A stretch of DNA of 64,000 bases from Burkholderiales bacterium (lineage in GTDB: Bacteria; Pseudomonadota; Gammaproteobacteria; Burkholderiales; SG8-39), in NCBI GenBank assembly GCA_036406675.1, contig DASXAO010000138.1, positions 6,851-70,850 of the forward strand. Reading direction: 5' to 3'. The notes beneath the pieces were generated by a model. That model had not been told where the DNA came from and did no database searches. It saw only the letters and a list, made by a program, of their open reading frames with translations. How positions within the stretch are numbered: the stretch's first letter is position 1; each line of letters begins with the position of its first letter. The position numbers were made by a program, and so were the translations under genes. Shown one piece after another: positions 60,196 to 64,000 of the stretch.

Positions 60196-61305
60196 GTGAA
60201 TCGCAGGAAATTTCTCGGCCGCAGCGCCGCAGCCGCCGCCGGCGGACTCGCGGTATCGCAGGCAATCGCACAGACCCCTTCGTTGCCGTCCATTCGCTGG
60301 CGCTGCGCTTCGAGCTTCCCGAAGAGCCTCGACACCATCTACGGCGGCGGCGAGGTCATCGCGAAGCGCGTCGAGGCGATCACCGGCGGCAAGTTCCAGA
60401 TCCGCGTGTTTGCGGCCGGGGAGATCGTCCCCGCGTTCGGCGTCGTCGACGCCTTGCAGCAGGGGACCATCGAGTGCTCGCATACCGCGAGCTACTACTT
60501 CGTGGGGAAGAACAAGGCGTTCGCCTTCGACACCACGCTTCCATTCGGCATGAACCAGCGCGAGCAGAACGCCTGGATCTACTACGGCGGCGGCCAGGAC
60601 CTGGTGCGCGCCTTCTTCAAGGACTTCGGGTTCATCTCGTTCCCCGCGGGCAACACCGGTGCCCAGATGGGCGGCTGGTGGCGCAAGGAAGTGCGCTCGG
60701 TGAGCGACCTGAAAGGCGTGAAGATGCGCATCGCGGGCCTGGGCGGCGAGGTCATGGCGCGCCTCGGCGCAGTGCCGCAGCAGATCGCCGGCGGCGACAT
60801 CTACCCGGCGCTCGAACGCGGGGCGCTCGATTCGGCCGAGTGGGTCGGCCCTTACGACGACGAGAAGCTCGGCTTCTACAAGATCGCGCCCCACTACTAC
60901 TTCCCAGGCTGGTGGGAGTCGAACTCGATGTACTCGTTCTACGTAAACCTCAAGGAATGGGACAAGCTGCCGAAGGAATACCAGGCCGCGATCGAGGCCG
61001 CGTGCTACGAGGCCAACATCGACATGATGGCGAAGTACGACGCGAAGAACGTGCCGGCGCTCGAGCGGCTGGTAAAGAGCGGCGTGAAGCTCCACCAGTT
61101 TTCGACCGACATCCTGAAGGCGGCGCAGCAAGCCGCCTACGAGCTCTACGAGGAAGAGGCGGCCAAGAACCCGGCGTGGAAGAAGATCTACGAGCCCTGG
61201 AAGAAATTCCGCTCCGACCAGTTCCTCTGGCACCGCGTGCAGGAATTCGCCTACGAGAGCTTCGTGTACAGCAATGCCATGGGCGGCGGCGGCAAGAAGA
61301 AGTAG
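60196..61305 (+). CDS. TRAP transporter substrate-binding protein with Tat-type signal peptide
   Basis: The GTG at 60196 is preceded by GAGAGGAGGA and gives 369 aa. It has a twin-arginine signal (NRRKFLGRSAAAAAGGLA) and a DctP-family body. Confidence 0.85.
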   Translation: MNRRKFLGRSAAAAAGGLAVSQAIAQTPSLPSIRWRCASSFPKSLDTIYGGGEVIAKRVEAITGGKFQIRVFAAGEIVPAFGVVDALQQGTIECSHTASYYFVGKNKAFAFDTTLPFGMNQREQNAWIYYGGGQDLVRAFFKDFGFISFPAGNTGAQMGGWWRKEVRSVSDLKGVKMRIAGLGGEVMARLGAVPQQIAGGDIYPALERGALDSAEWVGPYDDEKLGFYKIAPHYYFPGWWESNSMYSFYVNLKEWDKLPKEYQAAIEAACYEANIDMMAKYDAKNVPALERLVKSGVKLHQFSTDILKAAQQAAYELYEEEAAKNPAWKKIYEPWKKFRSDQFLWHRVQEFAYESFVYSNAMGGGGKKK

Positions 61306-62787
61306 CTACTTTCCTCCCCGCAGCGCCTTTTCGATCTCGGACGCGGTGTCGTCCGACTTCTGCTCCCCCTGTGCCGGCGCCTGCCCGCCCTCGGCGGCGC
61401 CCGGCACGGGAAGCTCGAGTTGGCGCCGCAGCTCCTCTTCGCCCGTCCCCTTCACCTCCGCGGCCGCGGTGACGTTGCCCGTCACGAGGCCGGGGAAGGC
61501 GATCACCGTGGCGACCATGAGGACCTGGATCGCGACGAACGGGATGGCGCCCCAGTAGATGTCGGAGGTCTTCACGATCTTCGGCGCGACGCTGCGCAGG
61601 TAGAACAGCGCAAAGCCGAACGGGGGATGCAGGAACGACGTCTGCATGTTCACCGCGAGCAGCACGCCGAACCAGATGAGGTCGATGCCGAGCTTCTGCG
61701 CCACCGGCGTGAGCAGCGGCACCATGATGAAGGCGATCTCGAAATAGTCGAGGAAGAACGCGAGCAGGAAGATCATCACGTTCACCACGATCAGGAAGCC
61801 GAGCGCCCCGCCCGGAACGTGCAGCAGCAGGTGCTCGACCCACAGGTCGCCGTCCACGCCGCGGAACACGAGGCTGAAGACCGTCGAGCCGATGAGGATG
61901 AACATGACGAAGCTCGTCATGGTCGCGGTGGACTCGACCGCCTCGCGCAAGAGCTTCCACGAAAGCTTGCGCTTGACGAGCGCCAGGATGAGCGCGCCGG
62001 TGGCGCCCATGCCGCCGCCCTCGGTCGGCGTCGCCACGCCGAGGAAGATCGTGCCCAGCACGAGAAAGATCAGCACGAGCGGCGGGACCATCGAGGTGAC
62101 CACGCGCAGCGCGAGCTTGCCGCCGCGCAGCGTGCGCATCTCGGGCGGGCACCCCGGCGCCGCCTGCGGCTTCACCAGCGACACGATGAACACCCAGCCG
62201 GCGTAGGCGGCGGCGAGCCCGAGCCCGGGGAAGAGCGCGCCCTCGTACATGTCGCCGACCGAGGTGCCCATCTGGTCGGCGAGCACGATGAGCACCAGGC
62301 TCGGCGGGATGATCTGGGCGAGCGTTCCCGACGCGGCGATCACGCCGGTCGAGAGGCGGTGCGAGTAACCGTAGCGCATCATGACGGGCAGGGAGATGAG
62401 CCCCATCGCCAGCACCGAGGCGGCGACCACGCCGGTCGTCGCGGCGAGCAGCGCGCCGACGAACACGACCGCGTAGGCGATGCCGCCGCGGATCGAGCCG
62501 AACACCTGGCCGATCGTGTCCAGGAGATCCTCGGCCATGCCGCTCCTCTCCAGGATGAGGCCCATCAGGGTGAAGAACGGAATCGCAAGCAGCACCGAGT
62601 TCCCCATGATGCCGAGGACGCGCTCGGGCAGCGCCTGCAGCAGCGCCGGCTGCAGCATGCCGAGATAGATCCCCAGGACGCCGAAAGCGAGCCCGGTGAA
62701 GGCGAGCGAGAAAGCGACCGGATAGCCGATCAGCAGGAACACCACCAGCCCGCCGAACATGATCGGCGCGAGGTATTCGGCGAGCAT
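61306..62787 (-). CDS. dctM: TRAP transporter large permease with ~55 aa hydrophilic C-terminal tail
   Basis: The internal ATG at 62787 gives 493 aa (MLAEYLAPIMFGGLVVFLLIGYP...). It is polytopic with an acidic/Gly-rich tail. Its stop directly abuts the stop of the convergent dctP-like gene. Confidence 0.85.
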   Translation of the reverse strand: MLAEYLAPIMFGGLVVFLLIGYPVAFSLAFTGLAFGVLGIYLGMLQPALLQALPERVLGIMGNSVLLAIPFFTLMGLILERSGMAEDLLDTIGQVFGSIRGGIAYAVVFVGALLAATTGVVAASVLAMGLISLPVMMRYGYSHRLSTGVIAASGTLAQIIPPSLVLIVLADQMGTSVGDMYEGALFPGLGLAAAYAGWVFIVSLVKPQAAPGCPPEMRTLRGGKLALRVVTSMVPPLVLIFLVLGTIFLGVATPTEGGGMGATGALILALVKRKLSWKLLREAVESTATMTSFVMFILIGSTVFSLVFRGVDGDLWVEHLLLHVPGGALGFLIVVNVMIFLLAFFLDYFEIAFIMVPLLTPVAQKLGIDLIWFGVLLAVNMQTSFLHPPFGFALFYLRSVAPKIVKTSDIYWGAIPFVAIQVLMVATVIAFPGLVTGNVTAAAEVKGTGEEELRRQLELPVPGAAEGGQAPAQGEQKSDDTASEIEKALRGGK

Positions 62788-63329
62788 CAGGAAGCGTGCC
62801 CCCGCTTTTCGAACTCCGAGGCCGGCACCCGGCCCTTGAGGAAGCCGACGCGCTTGATGACCTCGGAGACGCCCTGCAGCGCGAGCAGCCAGAACGCGAG
62901 CGGAATGAGCAGGCGGACCGGCCAGCGGATCAGGCCCCCCGGGTCCGACGAGTACTCCTGGATGTCGTAGGAATTGACGAGCGACGGCCAGCTGTACCAG
63001 GCGATGATGACCGTCGCCGGCAGCAGCATGAAGATGCCGCCGAGAATGTGGATCCAGGTCTGCACGCGCGGCGAGAGCCTGCCGGCGAGGACGTCGATGT
63101 TCACGTGCTCGTGGCGCTTGAGCGTGTAGCCGGCGACCAGCAGCCACACCGCCGCAACGAGATACCACTGGATCTCCAGCCAGGCGTTCGAGCCGATGTT
63201 GAGCGCATAGCGCGCCGTGGCCGCGGCGGCGCAGATCACGACCGCGGCGAGCCCGAGCCACGAGACCCAACGGCCGATGAATTCGTTCAGGCGATCGATC
63301 GCCCTCGCCAGGCGTAGCAGCGCATCCAT
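62787..63329 (-). CDS. dctQ: TRAP transporter small permease
   Basis: 180 aa with four hydrophobic helices. Its stop shares one nt with the dctM ATG (TGATG). Confidence 0.8.
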   Translation of the reverse strand: MDALLRLARAIDRLNEFIGRWVSWLGLAAVVICAAAATARYALNIGSNAWLEIQWYLVAAVWLLVAGYTLKRHEHVNIDVLAGRLSPRVQTWIHILGGIFMLLPATVIIAWYSWPSLVNSYDIQEYSSDPGGLIRWPVRLLIPLAFWLLALQGVSEVIKRVGFLKGRVPASEFEKRGHAS

Positions 63330-63380
63330 CGGACGGTGGTCTCCTCTCTGGGTGGCGATTCTAACCGCGCTCCCCGAGCC

Positions 63381-63386
63381 TATAAT
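63381..63386 (+). promoter_or_regulatory. consensus -10 hexamer TATAAT, 9 nt upstream of the rhodanese gene ATG
   Basis: GAGCCTATAATTTTGGTTCGATG was read directly. There is no Shine-Dalgarno sequence in between. Confidence 0.35.
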
Positions 63387-63395
63387 TTTGGTTCG

Positions 63396-63833
63396 ATGGA
63401 CGAGCTGAAGAAGGCGGCGACCGAGCGGGGCGTTAAGCTTGGCTTAAGTTATGCAGGCGCCCTGCTGCCGGCGGAAGCGCACGCGCTCATGCAGCGCGGC
63501 GGCAAGCTCGTGGACGTGCGGACCAAGCCGGAGCTGCTCTACGTCGGCAAGATCCCGGGCGCCATCGGCATCGAGTGGCAAAGCTACCCCGGCAGCCGGC
63601 CCAACCCGGAGTTCCTGGGCGAGCTCGCGGCCACGGTGCGCAAGGACGAGCCGGTAATGTTCATCTGCCGCTCGGGAGCGCGCTCCCACGCCGCCGCGGA
63701 GACCGCCGCCCACGCCGGCTGGACCGAGTGCTACAACGTGCTCGAGGGCTTCGAGGGCGACAAGGACACCCAGCAGCACCGCAACACGGTCGGCGGCTGG
63801 CGCAAGGCCGGCCTGCCGTGGATCCAAAGCTGA
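63396..63833 (+). CDS. rhodanese-like domain protein
   Basis: 145 aa from MDELKK with the active-site loop CRSGARS. The GTG at 63336 was rejected because it lies 6 nt from the divergent dctQ start and adds a non-conserved-looking extension. Confidence 0.8.
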   Translation: MDELKKAATERGVKLGLSYAGALLPAEAHALMQRGGKLVDVRTKPELLYVGKIPGAIGIEWQSYPGSRPNPEFLGELAATVRKDEPVMFICRSGARSHAAAETAAHAGWTECYNVLEGFEGDKDTQQHRNTVGGWRKAGLPWIQS

Positions 63834-63863
63834 GAAAAATAGGGACTGTCCCTATTTTTCTCA
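63831..63863. repeat. family-2 palindrome, copy C (33-nt perfect palindrome TGAGAAAAATAGGGAC-T-GTCCCTATTTTTCTCA)
   Basis: 16-nt arms around a central T. The outer triplets are the TGA stops of the rhodanese gene (+) and of uppP (-). Confidence 0.8.
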
Positions 63864-64000
63864 TTCCTTCCAGTCCACCCAGCCCAGGTAGGCGGTAAGC
63901 AGCACCACCAACCCGAACGCGATGCGATACCACGCGAACGGCTTGAAATCGTGCGTCGCGACGTAGCGGATCAGCCAGCGGATCACGACGAAGGCGCAGA
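63861..64000 (-). CDS. uppP: undecaprenyl-diphosphate phosphatase, C-terminal fragment (5' end outside window)
   Basis: This frame is not in the ORF track because no start lies in the window. My hand translation of the minus strand gives ...[45 protein letters not shown]-stop. It resembles UppP/BacA C-termini as I remember them. Confidence 0.55.
   Translation of the reverse strand, partial: CAFVVIRWLIRYVATHDFKPFAWYRIAFGLVVLLTAYLGWVDWKE

Noticed and set aside
60139-61233. 364 aa minus-strand ORF opposite the TRAP receptor gene
   Set aside because: This is the shadow frame of a gene with a clear Tat signal and DctP-family sequence on the plus strand.
63336-63395. GTG at 63336 as the rhodanese gene start (165 aa ORF in the track)
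   Set aside because: It lies only 6 nt from the divergent dctQ start codon. It adds 20 residues (MVSSLGGDSNRAPRAYNFGS) that run through the TATAAT hexamer. The ATG at 63396 gives a typical single-domain rhodanese length.

Overview
High-GC, very gene-dense chromosomal segment with about 60 protein-coding genes. I saw no rRNA, tRNA, CRISPR array, transposase, integrase or phage genes. Gene order suggests a Betaproteobacteria-like organism (inference): tkt-gap-pgk-pyk, aceE-aceF-lpdA with a lipoyl-domain E3, glnA-DUF4124-ntrB-ntrC, and Bug/TctC receptors. Content from left to right: a sugar ABC transporter with a lactonase-like amidohydrolase (1-4.9 kb). A 16 kb minus-strand gene train (5.5-21.4 kb) joins an orphan catabolic module to the glycolytic/pentose-phosphate core; the module holds an LLM oxidoreductase, TRAP dctPQM, a TauD-like dioxygenase, a Gfo/Idh/MocA enzyme, a TIM-barrel enzyme, two Bug receptors and a cupin. 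Then come nudC and a fused AdoMet decarboxylase/spermidine synthase gene, followed by three uncharacterised membrane proteins, one with an RDD plus ankyrin architecture (23.9-27.4 kb). Next are a class III aminotransferase and a non-phosphorylative sugar-acid module (FAH hydrolase, two SDRs, IlvD/Edd and UxaA dehydratases; 28.9-34.5 kb). Housekeeping genes follow: rsmE, argA, yggX, phoU, rpiA, the pyruvate dehydrogenase complex, folD, prlC, xth, aceB, ntrBC-glnA, a second split TRAP system, a rhodanese and a uppP fragment. The most unusual sequence-level signals are two families of long perfect palindromic elements. They sit exactly at convergent gene ends and supply the stop codons of the flanking genes. 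One family shows a compensatory double substitution between its two copies. I did not find a clear defence, mobile or toxin system. The best candidates for undescribed biology are the tightly coupled TauD/Gfo/TIM-barrel/TRAP/LLM module and the membrane-protein trio, and both functional readings are inference only. All start codons were chosen by eye from the ORF track and local sequence. Many long ORFs in the track are high-GC shadow frames and were rejected.
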